64,000 bases of DNA from Opitutales bacterium (GTDB taxonomy: Bacteria > Verrucomicrobiota > Verrucomicrobiia > Opitutales > UBA2987): contig CBDDEL010000014.1 of assembly GCA_965226885.1 (NCBI GenBank), forward strand, positions 64,001-128,000, given 5' to 3'. A program made the position numbers and the translations under genes. The notes beneath the pieces are model-generated. The model made no database searches and was not told the DNA's origin. It was given only the letters and a program-made list of their open reading frames with translations. Position 1 is the stretch's first letter; each line of letters opens with the position of its first letter. Shown piece by piece: positions 44,504 to 55,860 of the stretch.

Positions 44504-46070
44504 CCCGGATATTTCATGAAGGGTAAAGTTTGGCTCGTTATTGCTATTGGAGATGGATTTCTTTGTATTTTGAGCAGATCGTCTTGATTTTTAGGTGTTT
44601 TTCAGGGTGTAGAGACACTGCCCCCTTTCCCCCATTGGTTCGGTAGTGCCGGGGGCAGCACCAATGCACCCTTTAGGTTGGCACCAATCGGCGGGCCGCA
44701 TGGTTGAAAAGACTGGCCCAAGGATAACTCTCACTTAGGTGAAAGTGAATCGTTCGGGTGTTGCGCACGATGACCGCTCCGATCTTGATTAATTTGAGCC
44801 GCAGGGTGTGGCATTGGGCCCGCGCCCACTTCGTCCCTTTTAAGGCTAACCGGCGCATGGCTTCCATCAAGGTGTAGGCCAGCGCCGACAAGAGCAATCG
44901 CCACTGATTGGCCCACCATTGATGGGCGCTGGTGCGCTCGCTGAACAATTGCATCTGTTCCTTGATTCGGTTCTCCATTTCACCGCGGCCACAGTATACC
45001 TTGTCGTAAAGCTCCTGGGGATCGCCCGGCAGGTTCGTCACCACGAAGCGCGGGTTGGACCCCTGTGCGGTGTGTTCGGCTTTATGGATGACCAACCGCA
45101 GCCATCGCCACGAATCGGCAGCATAGACGAAGTCCTGGAATAACCGTTGTTTTTTACCCCTTAGTTCGAACCATTCTTTGGCCTGCTTTTGCAACTGCTG
45201 GGCGTCTTGCTGCAAGCGTGCATTGCGAGCCATCCCCACGATGTAACTAACTTCGTTGCGGTCGCACCAAGAGAGTATCCGGTCTCGACAAAATCCACTG
45301 TCGGCGCGCCAAATAATCCGCTTACGGGGCCAGCTTTGGCGAATCCGTTTAACCAGCAATTTGAGGATGGCCCCGGCATGCTTGCTGGCATCGATCTTGC
45401 TCGGCCGCAGGTAGGCCACCAGCAGCTGATCACCGCAAAAAACATATAGCGGCAGAAAACAGTAATGATCATAATAACCGTGGAAAAAACGTCCCTCCTG
45501 GAGCCCGTGCACCGGATTGTCGGTGGCGTCAAAGTCCAGGATGATCTCTTCGGGTTCCTCGGCAAAGGAGCCCATGAACTGTTCGACCAACAGCTCGTTT
45601 ACCGCAAAGGCCGCCCGCCGATCCTGCCCGTTTTCAAAACGACACAAAGTCGGCGCGCTGGCCAACGTTTCAATGCGCCCCGTTACCGTTTGCAACAATG
45701 GATCGTGGCGCAGGGTATCAAAGTCGTTCAAATCCTCATAGCCCGCCACCAGCCCGTAAACGCGCTGCCGCAGCATCCCCAATACCTCATGGCGTACTTT
45801 GCCCTTCTGCCGTTTGTCCACTAACTGTCGGGCCGCTCGTTCGGTCAAGCCCAACTGCCGATCCACTTCCCGGATCAAAAGCAGTCCGGCATCCGAAGTA
45901 ACCTCTCCGCCCTTGAAATCAACCCGCACACGGCGGCCTTTTACCCTTGTCAACTGTAGCTTTAATTGTTTACCTTTTGTCATCGCTGATATTGCTTTAA
46001 TTATTGATCTATCCTGCTGTATATCAGCAGTTAAGCATATCAACGATACTTTTTTTACGAAATATCCGGG
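44504..46070 (-). mobile_element. IS1380-family element, full length, tandem with the previous copy
   Basis: Both IRs, TTAG on both sides; differs from its neighbour at two codons. Confidence 0.96.
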
Positions 46071-46102
46071 TTAGCTGTCCACAGACAGAATTATTATTTA
46101 AA

Positions 46103-46900
46103 ATGAAAACTAACTTTGTACGTAAAAAGCTGAAGCAAGGAGAAGCCAGTTTTGGAACCTGGCTGACCCTGCCCGATCCTGTTGCGGCCCAACTAATGGC
46201 TGGCGTGGGTTTCGATTGGTTAACGGTTGAAATGGAACATACCTCCATCGGTATTGATATGGCTCGGCAATGTTTCACCGCCATAACCACGCAAGATTGT
46301 GTTCCCCTGGTTCGGATCCCCTGGAATACCGGCGAAAACATCAAGCGTGTATTAGACAACGGGGCATGGGGCGTTATTGTTCCCATGGTAAATTCCAGGG
46401 CCGAGGCGGAAGCGGCGGTCGTCAATACCCGTTATAATCCAATAGGTAATCGATCCATTGGCGGCCAATTGCACGCGGCCAGCTTTGGCACGGACGCGGC
46501 AACCTATTACGAGCGGGCCAATGAAGAGATTTTATTGGTTTTAATGATCGAGCATGTCAAAGGAGTGGAAGCGGCGGACGATATTTTGAGTGTGCCCGGT
46601 GTCGATGCCGTTTTTATCGGTCCTAACGATCTTATGAATTCAATGGGCAAAAAGCCGACCTTTAATTCTGATGATGGGGAGTTTTCCCAAGCCGTGGAGC
46701 ATGTTTTAAAAACAGCCAAAGCGCATGGAGTGGCCCCGGGCATTCATGTGCCAGATGCCGAGACGGCTCACCGCCGCAGGGAGGAAGGATTTCAATTTAT
46801 TGCCATTACCAGTGAAGTTGGCATGATGTTGGCAAAGGCCTCCGATACGGTAAAGACGCTGGGGTTGGGCCAAGATAAACCTGCCGTGGCCAAGTACTGA
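46103..46900 (+). CDS. HpcH/HpaI family aldolase
   Basis: GFDWLTVEMEH, LVRIP, IVPMV, MIE, FIGPNDL; start MKTNF at 46103. Confidence 0.9.
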   Translation: MKTNFVRKKLKQGEASFGTWLTLPDPVAAQLMAGVGFDWLTVEMEHTSIGIDMARQCFTAITTQDCVPLVRIPWNTGENIKRVLDNGAWGVIVPMVNSRAEAEAAVVNTRYNPIGNRSIGGQLHAASFGTDAATYYERANEEILLVLMIEHVKGVEAADDILSVPGVDAVFIGPNDLMNSMGKKPTFNSDDGEFSQAVEHVLKTAKAHGVAPGIHVPDAETAHRRREEGFQFIAITSEVGMMLAKASDTVKTLGLGQDKPAVAKY

Positions 46901-47008
46901 CGCTAGGTTAATTTAGCATTGTTTAAGTCATAAAGACCACAAGCCGAGTTTCCTCACTTTTTCGAGCGCTTCATCCATTGAGGGCAATAGGGATGCCATT
47001 TTTTTTCC

Positions 47009-47528
47009 TGATCGGACCCCATCTTTGCTTCCACTTTAAGTGAGAGTATTTCCGTAGGTTAGGTATTGTAGGTTTTGCAGGGGGGTGGCGGAATGAGGCC
47101 GTAGGCCGAATGGAGCCAGCCGCTGCTTTGTTGATTGTTCGCCAGAGTCTGGCGAATGTATTGGGGGAGCGAAAGCCAAATCGACTGTGGGGGTGTTTTG
47201 CGTTGTATCGGTGTCGCTACGCTCGATAGCCATAGCGAGGATGTTTCTTCGAAAAGGCAATGATGCGTGCCACCAGTTTATGCCTATACTCAGTAGCTTC
47301 CTTGGGTTCATACAGGTAGGTTGAGCGGTGCAACCCAAAATACTGACAGGCCCGACGCAGCGAGCACGACCCTCGGGCCAATACATGCTTCACCGCTTCC
47401 TTCTTCTACTTCGCGCAGTATCGTTATGATTTGTTCAGGGGTGTATCTTTTTTGCTTCATAGGTCTTTCCGGTAATTTCTCCAGAAAGACTCTCACTGGC
47501 AATGGCCGTGTTTTTGGCGGTCACATCA
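47009..47528 (-). mobile_element. internally deleted, degenerate IS3-family relic (~520 bp)
   Basis: TGA..GACC-type ends, orfA start MKQKRYTPEQIITILRE and orfB tail RYNAKHPHSRFGFRSP with the middle missing. Confidence 0.7.
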
Positions 47529-47600
47529 ATTTGAATGATTGATTTGCTTATCCCTATAAACTTGAAAGTTCGAATAGTCTGAAGAGGGAAAAATTTGGGC

Positions 47601-48030
47601 ATGATGATACCGAAACCGAAATTTCATTTTGATCCCTACGATCCGCAATTCATGGAAAACCCTTACCCCGCTTACCACCGACTTCGCTCTGAAACGCCCA
47701 TCTTCTTCTATGAGGACTGGAATCTGTGGTTTTTTACCACTTACGAGGATATTGCCACTTTGCTGGGGGATAAACGGCTGGGCCGCACCATGGACCACGT
47801 TATTTCCGAGGAGGAGGTTGGGCAAAAACGGAAAGCCGCCCACTGGCACAAACACCCGTATTTCACCCGCTATGTGCGGCAGAATTTTATGGAAAAAGAC
47901 GGGGTCGATCACGCCCGTCTGCGCAAGCTCGCCCACAAGGTTTTTACTCCCGTTCGGGTGCGCGGCCTGGAAAACCGCATCCAGGAAATAACGGATCGGC
48001 TGCTCGACAAGGTGGAAACCCAGACGGTTG
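47601..48030 (+). pseudogene. cytochrome P450, N-terminal third only
   Basis: FDPYDPQFMENPYPAYHRLR and DGVDHARLRKLAHKVFTP; no I-helix, ExxR or heme Cys before dnaE. Confidence 0.82.
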
Positions 48031-48074
48031 CCAGGTTTTGTCTTCCGCAGCGTGGAGGAGTTGCCGGTCGTGTT

Positions 48075-51000
48075 TTAAGCGCCGACCGGTTGTTTGCGCC
48101 AGCGGTTGTTTTCGACCGGAGGAAGTTCCGCTGATTGGATTTGGACCCCATATACCGCCGGATGCCGGCGAAGGTTTTTGTAAGTTTCCAGGGTCGGCTG
48201 CCATCGCAGGGAGCGGGGGGTGTCGGCCATGGCGGCGTAGTCCCCATCCATGAAAATCCCGATGCGGAGTTTTGTTTCCCCCGGTGAGCGGGCAATTTCT
48301 TTGAGCAACAAACCGAGAAATTCATCGCATTGAACGCCGGGGCGCAGGATCCAGTCGATTTCCTCGATCAGCCGGAAGGGGAAGGGATCGAGCAAACTGG
48401 CTTCGGAGACGCTTAGCCGGGGGTCGTCCTCGCGGTTAAAAACCGTTCCGGTAACCATGAGGATATTTCCCGGCTGGACACATTCACCGCACCGGGAATA
48501 GGGCTCGGTATATATATTGAGAGGAAAATTCGCTTTGCGACCGCTCAATAAAACAATCGCCCAGGGCCTGTTATCGCGACGGGAGATTTTTTTGGTGACT
48601 TGGGAGACGACTCCGCAAAGCCGGAACGGGGTGCGGTCGGGCAGGGTCAAATACTCCTCGCCCGCGATCGTGTCGATGTTCTCGGCCAGACCGGCATAGG
48701 CGTTCATGGGATGGCCGGAAACATAAAACCCGAGCAACTCTTTTTCGGACTGCAATTTATCATTGAGCGACATGCTGAGGTCCTCATCTTCCGTTCCGTT
48801 GGCATGGGCGCTGCCGTTGGAACTGTGGCTGACTACAGGCACATCAAGGATATCGAAAAAGGATTCCTGGCCGCGCTCGCGGTCTCGCTGCATTTCAGCG
48901 ACTTCGTTCATGGTCGCTTCAAGGTTTTTGAGGAGGAACCCTCGGTCCTGGTTTGAGAAATCGAAAGCTCCGGTCTTGATGAGGCATTCATAAACACGCT
49001 TATTGACAGCCCGGGCATCGACGCGGGAAGCGAAATCGTGGAAGTCTTGAAATTTGCCTCCTGTTTCACGCTCTTCGAGAATCTTGCTAGCGGCGGCGTC
49101 ACCCACACCTTTGATGGCTGCCAATCCAAATCGTATGCTGTCCTGGCCGGTTTGGGTGTTAAAAATGGGAGTAAAATTTTCCCTCGACAGGTTAATGTCG
49201 GGGCCGAGCACGGGAATCTCCAAGGCGGAGCATTCTTCAATAAAATGGGCCACCTTGTCGGCGTTTCCCAATTCATTGGAAAGCACCGCGGCCATGAATT
49301 GGACCGGGTAATTGGCTTTCAGGTAGGCGGTCTGGTAGGAGATTACCCCGTAGGCGGCGGAGTGGGATTTGTTGAACCCGTAGCTGGCGAATTTTCCCAG
49401 CAGTGCAAAGATTTCCAGGGCCGTATGGCGATCCAGGTCGTGGGTGGTCCTGGCCCCGTCAACAAAGACCTGGCGCTGCTTTTTCATTTCCGCAACCTTC
49501 TTTTTTCCCATGGCGCGGCGGAGGATGTCGGCCCCTCCAAGGGAATATCCGGCGATAATCTGAGCCGCTTCCATGACCTGCTCCTGATAAACCATGACGC
49601 CGTAGGTTTCCCGGCATATACCCTCCAGCAGAGGATGGGGATACTTGACCGTGGAGGGGTCCTGTTTGCCCCGCACATAATCGGGTATGAGGTCCATGGG
49701 CCCGGGCCGGTAAAGGGCGATGAGGGCGATGATTTCGTCGATGCTGGCGATTTTGAACTGCCGGCAGAGACTTTGCATGCCGAGTGATTCCAGTTGAAAG
49801 ACTCCCACCGTTTTGCCGCTGTTGAACAGATCGAAGGTCCCGGCGTCGTCGAAAGTGATTTTCTCGATATCGAAGTCTGCCTGGGCGGTTCGCCGGACGT
49901 GTTTTTGGGCGTCGTCGATCACGGTCAGGGTTTTTAATCCCAGAAAGTCCATTTTGAGAAGGCCCAGATCCTCCACCGGTTCTTTGGGGTATTGGGTCGT
50001 GAGGTCTCCTTCCTGCAAGGTCAGGGGAACCAGCTCGTCCAGCCGCCCATCGCCGATGATGATGCCGCAGGCGTGTTTGCCGGTGTTGCGTACCATGCCC
50101 TCGATGATCCGTCCATGTTCGACAATTTTCGCCGCCAGAGGGTTGTTGCTCACTTCCTGTTTCAGCTCGAGGCTTTTATCCAGCGCCTGGTCGAGTGAGA
50201 TATTGAGGTTGTCGGGCACCATCTTGGCGATGCGGTCGGCCTCGGCGTAGGGAATATCGAGCACCCGGGCGACATCGCGCACCACCATTTTGGGTCCGAA
50301 TTTTCCAAAAGTGATGATATTGGCTACGCTTTCCTGACCGTATTTTTCCCGCACATAATCGACCACTTCATCCCGCCGGCGCATGCAAAAATCGATATCG
50401 AAATCGGGCGGTGAGACGCGCTCGGGGTTGAGCATGCGCTCGAAGAGGAGCTTGAAGCGAATGGGATCGACGCCGGTGATCTTGGTCAGGTAGGCGACAA
50501 TGCTGCCCGCGCCAGACCCGCGCCCCGGACCGACCGGAATGCCCTTGCCCAAGGCCCAGTTGGTGAAATCCTGAACGATGAGAAAGTAATCGACGAAGCC
50601 CATTTTCTCGATCACCCCCAATTCGTAATCGAGCCGCTCAACGAGGGTTTGGGCCAGGTCTTTGGGTTCTGAAGGCTTCGGTTGATAGCCCTCCGGGTTT
50701 TCATAATCCACCCCGTAACGTTCTTTTAAACCTTTAAGGCAGAGGACTTTTAAGTAAGAGGCGTTGTCCGCGCAGGCGACCTGAATCTCAATTGGCCGCT
50801 CGAAAACCGGAAAATGATTTTTTCCGAATGGCAGTTGCACCTCGCACATTTCGGCTACCGCATTGGTATTGATCAGAGAATCGGGGCGTTCGCGAAAAAT
50901 CGCCTCCATCTCATCACGCGATTTGAGATAAAACTGATCGTTGGCGTAGCGCATGCGTTTTTCGTCCGCCACTTTGGAACCGGTTTGAATGCACAGGAGG

Positions 51001-51671
51001 ACATCGTGGGTGGGGGCGTCGTTTCGCTCCACATAATGCACGTCATTGGTGCAAACGACCTTCAGGTCGAACATCCCGGCCAGCTTGAGCAAGCCCGGTA
51101 TGATCTGCCGCTGCTCCTCAATGGTGTGGTCCTGGATTTCGACGAAATAATTTTCTTTGCCAAAAATATCCACAAATTTGCCGGTCCACTCTTTGGCAGC
51201 CTCGAAATCTTCATTCAAAAGCGCTTGGGGGACAACGCCTTGCAAGCAACCGGTAAAACCAATAAGGCCTTCGGCATGGGCCGCCAAGGTGGTAAAATCG
51301 GCTCTCGGCTTGTAATAAAAGCCCTTCACGTGAGCATCGGAAACCAGGCGCACGAGATTCCGGTAACCCTCAAAGTTCCTGGCCAATAGACCCATATGAA
51401 ACGCTTTTTTACGCGTTGGGGCGCCTTTTTCGGTCCGATCCCCGGTCGTCAGGTAAATCTCACAGCCGAGCAGGGGTTTGATCCCGCTTTGCCCAGCTTT
51501 CTTAAAAAAATCGACCAACCCGAAAAGGCAGCCGTGGTCGGTTATGGCGATCGAATTCATGCCAAGCTCCGCCGTCCTCTTCATCAGCCGGTCGATGCGG
51601 CAGGCGCCATCCAGCAGGCTGTAGTCGGTGTGAACGTGAAGGTGGACGAACTCCTTATCGCGGGCAGGCAT
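48075..51671 (-). CDS. dnaE: DNA polymerase III alpha subunit
   Basis: [35 protein letters not shown]. Confidence 0.98.
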   Translation of the reverse strand: MPARDKEFVHLHVHTDYSLLDGACRIDRLMKRTAELGMNSIAITDHGCLFGLVDFFKKAGQSGIKPLLGCEIYLTTGDRTEKGAPTRKKAFHMGLLARNFEGYRNLVRLVSDAHVKGFYYKPRADFTTLAAHAEGLIGFTGCLQGVVPQALLNEDFEAAKEWTGKFVDIFGKENYFVEIQDHTIEEQRQIIPGLLKLAGMFDLKVVCTNDVHYVERNDAPTHDVLLCIQTGSKVADEKRMRYANDQFYLKSRDEMEAIFRERPDSLINTNAVAEMCEVQLPFGKNHFPVFERPIEIQVACADNASYLKVLCLKGLKERYGVDYENPEGYQPKPSEPKDLAQTLVERLDYELGVIEKMGFVDYFLIVQDFTNWALGKGIPVGPGRGSGAGSIVAYLTKITGVDPIRFKLLFERMLNPERVSPPDFDIDFCMRRRDEVVDYVREKYGQESVANIITFGKFGPKMVVRDVARVLDIPYAEADRIAKMVPDNLNISLDQALDKSLELKQEVSNNPLAAKIVEHGRIIEGMVRNTGKHACGIIIGDGRLDELVPLTLQEGDLTTQYPKEPVEDLGLLKMDFLGLKTLTVIDDAQKHVRRTAQADFDIEKITFDDAGTFDLFNSGKTVGVFQLESLGMQSLCRQFKIASIDEIIALIALYRPGPMDLIPDYVRGKQDPSTVKYPHPLLEGICRETYGVMVYQEQVMEAAQIIAGYSLGGADILRRAMGKKKVAEMKKQRQVFVDGARTTHDLDRHTALEIFALLGKFASYGFNKSHSAAYGVISYQTAYLKANYPVQFMAAVLSNELGNADKVAHFIEECSALEIPVLGPDINLSRENFTPIFNTQTGQDSIRFGLAAIKGVGDAAASKILEERETGGKFQDFHDFASRVDARAVNKRVYECLIKTGAFDFSNQDRGFLLKNLEATMNEVAEMQRDRERGQESFFDILDVPVVSHSSNGSAHANGTEDEDLSMSLNDKLQSEKELLGFYVSGHPMNAYAGLAENIDTIAGEEYLTLPDRTPFRLCGVVSQVTKKISRRDNRPWAIVLLSGRKANFPLNIYTEPYSRCGECVQPGNILMVTGTVFNREDDPRLSVSEASLLDPFPFRLIEEIDWILRPGVQCDEFLGLLLKEIARSPGETKLRIGIFMDGDYAAMADTPRSLRWQPTLETYKNLRRHPAVYGVQIQSAELPPVENNRWRKQPVGA

Positions 51672-51850
51672 GTGCTTGTAAAATCAACCTCACAAGGAAC
51701 GTATTACAAGCAGGAATTATTGGATTTGTTCACAATTTGTGCTCGGCGTTCTTAAATGCGGATTTGCCTTAAAAAATAGTTGACCTCTCCCGATAAAATG
51801 GCCTCACTTCCTTTCCTTTTAAATATCCATCCCATCCCAACCAGGGAACT

Positions 51851-52051
51851 ATGTCCGTCGAAGTAAAAATACGCAGAGGTGAACCCATGGAGCGCGCGCT
51901 CCGGCGTTTGAAAAAGAAGCTTGATCGTGAAGGTGTCATTCGCGACGTACGCTCAAAGCGGTATTTCGAGAAACCATCCGAGGTGAAACGGCGCAAAAAG
52001 AAAGTCATGGACTTCTCCAATATGCTGCGTCTTCGGCACGAAAACAGGTAA
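51851..52051 (+). CDS. rpsU: 30S ribosomal protein S21
   Basis: ALRRLKKK...RYFEKPSE. Confidence 0.95.
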   Translation: MSVEVKIRRGEPMERALRRLKKKLDREGVIRDVRSKRYFEKPSEVKRRKKKVMDFSNMLRLRHENR

Positions 52052-52184
52052 TTCATTCCGATCGGGTTTCGTTCGGTTTTTGGCCCTGCGGCGGAAAAAA
52101 TACTGGCTCCCTGCCGGCGGCGACGGATGAAGCATTTCATTCGAGCATGCGTGGTGGAGTGTGGACCAGGACCAGACGCCAGCG

Positions 52185-53132
52185 ATGAAACCTAAAATCG
52201 CCCTCTCTACCTGTTGGTGTTCGCACCGGCATACCGACGGCTTCGAGATGGCGCGGGAGATGGCGGGCCTCGGTTTTGAATACATTGAGCTGAGCCACGG
52301 CATTCGCATTTCCCTGGTTCCCGGAATTTTGAAAGCGCTGGAGGAGGGTTTGGTGAAAATTTCCTCGGTCCACAATTTTTGTCCACTGCCCACAGGGGTT
52401 ATGCATGCGGCTCCCAATATTTTCCTGCCCACATCCAGCGACCAGGGTGAAATAGCCTCCTGGATCCGCTATACTCGCCGGACCATCGAATTTGCCGCCC
52501 AGGTAAAAGCGGACCGCATCATTTTGCATTGCGGCAAGACGCCCTTTTCCTGGTTCGATCCGGGAAAAACCCTCAAGCGCTATCGTTCGGGAAAAAACCG
52601 GCAGGAATTATCCACCGATCCACGCTATTCCCGGATCCTGGAAAAATGCCTGGACAAGGTAATGAGAAAAAAAGCTCGTTACATGAATCATTTGCGTTCC
52701 TCGCTGGAGACGGTTATTCCTTTGGCCCGGGAACGCGGCATCCGGCTCGGCCTGGAAAACCGGGAGAGTCTTGTGGAACTGCCTCTGGATGCCGAGATGG
52801 CTCCGTTTCTCGATAAAATGGGACGCTCCGGCGTCGTTGGTTACTGGCACGATACTGGCCATGCCCGCCTCAAGGAAATACTCGGCATCATCAGCCAGGA
52901 ACGACTGCTTTCGGAAAATCAAAACCGGCTCCTCGGCTTTCACCTCCACGATGTCGATGCCCATGAGAGGGATCACCAACCCATCGGTACCGGTGCCATC
53001 GATTTCAAAAAAATCGCCTCCTACTTCCGCCCCGGCCAAGTCCTCGTCCTGGAAATGAGTCCCCGCCTCAGTGAGGAGCAGGTCACAGAATCAAAGTATC
53101 GCCTCGAAGGCCTTCTTGCGGATAATAGATAG
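52185..53132 (+). CDS. sugar phosphate isomerase/epimerase (xylose-isomerase-like TIM barrel)
   Basis: LGLENRE, WHDTGH, FHLHD, DHQPIG.G.IDF. Confidence 0.85.
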   Translation: MKPKIALSTCWCSHRHTDGFEMAREMAGLGFEYIELSHGIRISLVPGILKALEEGLVKISSVHNFCPLPTGVMHAAPNIFLPTSSDQGEIASWIRYTRRTIEFAAQVKADRIILHCGKTPFSWFDPGKTLKRYRSGKNRQELSTDPRYSRILEKCLDKVMRKKARYMNHLRSSLETVIPLARERGIRLGLENRESLVELPLDAEMAPFLDKMGRSGVVGYWHDTGHARLKEILGIISQERLLSENQNRLLGFHLHDVDAHERDHQPIGTGAIDFKKIASYFRPGQVLVLEMSPRLSEEQVTESKYRLEGLLADNR

Positions 53133-53148
53133 TTAATTACTTCCTCCA

Positions 53149-53580
53149 ATGCCCTCTCAATTCACAATTTTACGAACGGTTGAATTCCACCAAACGGATG
53201 CTGCCGGGGTTGTTCATTTTTCCAATTTTTTCACTTATATGGAAGAAGCCGAACATGCTTTTTTAGATTCTTTGGGCATTCCTGTATATGTAAAAGAGGG
53301 GGACGGTTGGCGTGGTTGGCCGCGTATCCGGGCTTCCTGCGATTATAAATCACCGCTGGGGTTTCAGGATAAATTTGAAATCGAATTGCAGACGCTTGAA
53401 ATCGGTCCCAAGACAGTAAAATACGGATTTCGTTTTCTGAAAATCATGGATGATAACCAAAAGAAAAAAGTGGCCGAAGGGGAAATGACTTCAATTTATG
53501 CCCGCAAAAACCTTTCCGACGATGAAATCGAACCGATTCCCATACCGCAGGATATACTGCACAAAATCCGCCCGGACTGA
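53149..53580 (+). CDS. acyl-CoA thioesterase (4HBT/YbgC hot-dog fold)
   Basis: TDAAGVVHFSNFFTYME. Confidence 0.9.
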   Translation: MPSQFTILRTVEFHQTDAAGVVHFSNFFTYMEEAEHAFLDSLGIPVYVKEGDGWRGWPRIRASCDYKSPLGFQDKFEIELQTLEIGPKTVKYGFRFLKIMDDNQKKKVAEGEMTSIYARKNLSDDEIEPIPIPQDILHKIRPD

Positions 53581-53590
53581 ATGGCGCGGT

Positions 53591-54325
53591 TCATCCATTT
53601 ATGAGGTGTAAAATGCCAGTCAAACCGAGAAACCCAAAAACGACGGCTTTGAGGTGAATGGAGTCAACCCGGCGACCGAACTTGAGCCCTGCCAAAATCG
53701 CGACCGCGATGGGAATCGAGGTCCAAAGGGTGATCTTGATAATTCGGGGCAAATCATCGGTCGTGATGCCTATGAAGAGAAAGCGGGTGAAAGTGGTGGC
53801 GGCGTAAACCGCGGCCAGGGTGGCTTTCATTTTATCAATGGGCCAGTTGCGTGAAAAGACGTAAGCAACCGATGGCGGACCGCCGGCATTGAAGGAGCCA
53901 GCCAGGGAGCCGGCCAGCAATCCAACAAATAATCCCGACGATTTAGGAATTTTGAAGCCGTATTTTCGTTCCAGCACGAAGTGGTTTATGCTTATCAAGA
54001 GCATAAGTGCGCCGAAGATGCGGAGGAGGATCGATTCGGGAATACTGACCAGAACATAGACCCCGAAGGGTACACCAAGCACGCTGCCGATGATCAATCT
54101 ACGGGCGGAAGCCCATTGAAAGTGGCTCCGGGTGCCGGCCACAGATACTCCCATGGCAACAAAGTTTAGCAAAATGAGAAGGCCAACGGCGTCTCGCAGG
54201 GGGAGCAATAGGGGCAGAATAGAAATGGCCAGAATGGCAAAACCAAAGCCGAGGACGCCCTGGACAAAACCGCTGGCGAGGAGGATAACGAGAATTATCA
54301 AATTGAATAAATTAAGTAAATCCAT
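53591..54325 (-). CDS. TauE/SafE sulfite-exporter family membrane protein
   Basis: GFVQGVLGFG and GSFNAGGPP repeats, about 8 TM segments. Confidence 0.88.
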   Translation of the reverse strand: MDLLNLFNLIILVILLASGFVQGVLGFGFAILAISILPLLLPLRDAVGLLILLNFVAMGVSVAGTRSHFQWASARRLIIGSVLGVPFGVYVLVSIPESILLRIFGALMLLISINHFVLERKYGFKIPKSSGLFVGLLAGSLAGSFNAGGPPSVAYVFSRNWPIDKMKATLAAVYAATTFTRFLFIGITTDDLPRIIKITLWTSIPIAVAILAGLKFGRRVDSIHLKAVVFGFLGLTGILHLING

Positions 54326-54407
54326 GCTGTCAGTCCTATAAATTCGATCGAGGAATGGATTGTCCTATTCCCGCAATTTCGACAGTTGGTGCGCAGCTCA
54401 CCAGGCA

Positions 54408-55190
54408 TTACGACTTCCCGGTTAGATAACCGAGCGAAAAAAGAAATGTTTCGGTGGCGCGCATAGTTTCATCAAAAGGGCGATCTTCATTGCGGCCAAA
54501 ATTAAAGAAGCCGTGATCCATGTCCTTAAATTGATGGATGTGGCAACGATTTCCGGCCTCTTTCATCTTTATTTGAAACCGTTCGATGTCTCTTATTGGG
54601 ACGATTTTGTCTTGGGTTCCGTGAAAAATGATGGTGGGCGGGCCGTTTGAAGAAACATAATGAAGCGGAGAAATCTCCCGACGCCGGTCGCCTATGAGCT
54701 TTTTGCATAATTCAAGCTCGGTAGTATCGACCACCGGATTGAATAAAACCAAAGCATCCGGCCGGCAACTTATGGCGAGGTCATCAGAGGGATTGTCATT
54801 CCCTGCGATGAAAGCTGTTGAAACTGCCAGATGACCGCCCGCGGAACCACCGCCAGCGATGATTTTTCCCGGATCGATGTCCCAATCCCGTGCATTTTGG
54901 CGAAGCCATCGAATGGCCGATTTAGCATCCATCAAGGCGTCAAAGGGAGTTGTTCCGTGACGGTCCCTAACCCGGTATTCCGCACAAACGGCGACCAGTC
55001 CACGAGTCGCCAAAAACCTGCTTTGTTCTTTAAACTGGTCGATATCGCCGTGCGTCCAACCACCTCCGAAAAAGAAGACCACAGCTGGCCCAAGCTCTGG
55101 CCGATGAGCGACCTCCGGCTTATAAATTTTCATGAATAACGAGGTTTCGCCAATGGTTTTATAGACGATACGATTTACTGAAATTTTCAT
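54408..55190 (-). CDS. alpha/beta hydrolase (carbohydrate esterase-like)
   Basis: FFGGGW oxyanion motif, GGSAGG nucleophile, HGTQD, HGFF. Confidence 0.9.
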   Translation of the reverse strand: MKISVNRIVYKTIGETSLFMKIYKPEVAHRPELGPAVVFFFGGGWTHGDIDQFKEQSRFLATRGLVAVCAEYRVRDRHGTTPFDALMDAKSAIRWLRQNARDWDIDPGKIIAGGGSAGGHLAVSTAFIAGNDNPSDDLAISCRPDALVLFNPVVDTTELELCKKLIGDRRREISPLHYVSSNGPPTIIFHGTQDKIVPIRDIERFQIKMKEAGNRCHIHQFKDMDHGFFNFGRNEDRPFDETMRATETFLFSLGYLTGKS

Positions 55191-55492
55191 TTTTTTATCT
55201 ATAACTGAGGAAAAAAATCTATTATCTAAATCGAATTCACCACAGTTATTGTCGATCCTCAAGCGGAATCGGAAATGTTGAACCGGGCGGAGCCGAATTT
55301 CTTTAACTCGCGCGCATATTGAAGAAAATTATTGGCCCCGTGGCGACCCCAGTGTTTGCGGTGATCTTCCTCCTCAATAAATTGGCTGGGTAGGGTAATA
55401 TTGAAATCGCCGTTCCAGATTGCAACCCATGCCCAGGGTATTAATGCTGTCTAGGTCCTTATGATTATTTAACCATCTGATGGAAATCGATT

Positions 55493-55843
55493 ATGCCCTT
55501 TATCAACATTAAAAAATACGAACCGATTGAACTGGCTCCCGGAGCCCGTGTGCGCACACCTTATGGGACGAACCTGATGCTTTCCTACCTCGAGCTGGAC
55601 GAAGGTTCTTTAATTCCACCGCATCAACATCCCCATGAGCAGGGTGGGATGTTGATCGAGGGCAGTCTGGAATTGACGATCGGTGATGAAACGCGGCTTT
55701 GCCAACCGGGCGATATGTTCATCATTCCGCCCAACACGCCGCATGCCGCCAAGCCCATTAACGGTCCGGCAGTAGTGCTCGATGTTTTCAGCCCGGTTCG
55801 TGAAGATTATGCCAAACTCTTCAATAAATACATACCGGAATAG
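55493..55843 (+). CDS. cupin domain protein
   Basis: HQHPHEQ and PGD...IPPNTPH. Confidence 0.9.
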   Translation: MPFINIKKYEPIELAPGARVRTPYGTNLMLSYLELDEGSLIPPHQHPHEQGGMLIEGSLELTIGDETRLCQPGDMFIIPPNTPHAAKPINGPAVVLDVFSPVREDYAKLFNKYIPE

Positions 55844-55860
55844 GGTAAGGTTACCTTAAC

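Noticed and set aside
48075..51671. Intein or split in dnaE
   Set aside because: Length is normal (1198 aa) and no intein terminal motifs are visible.
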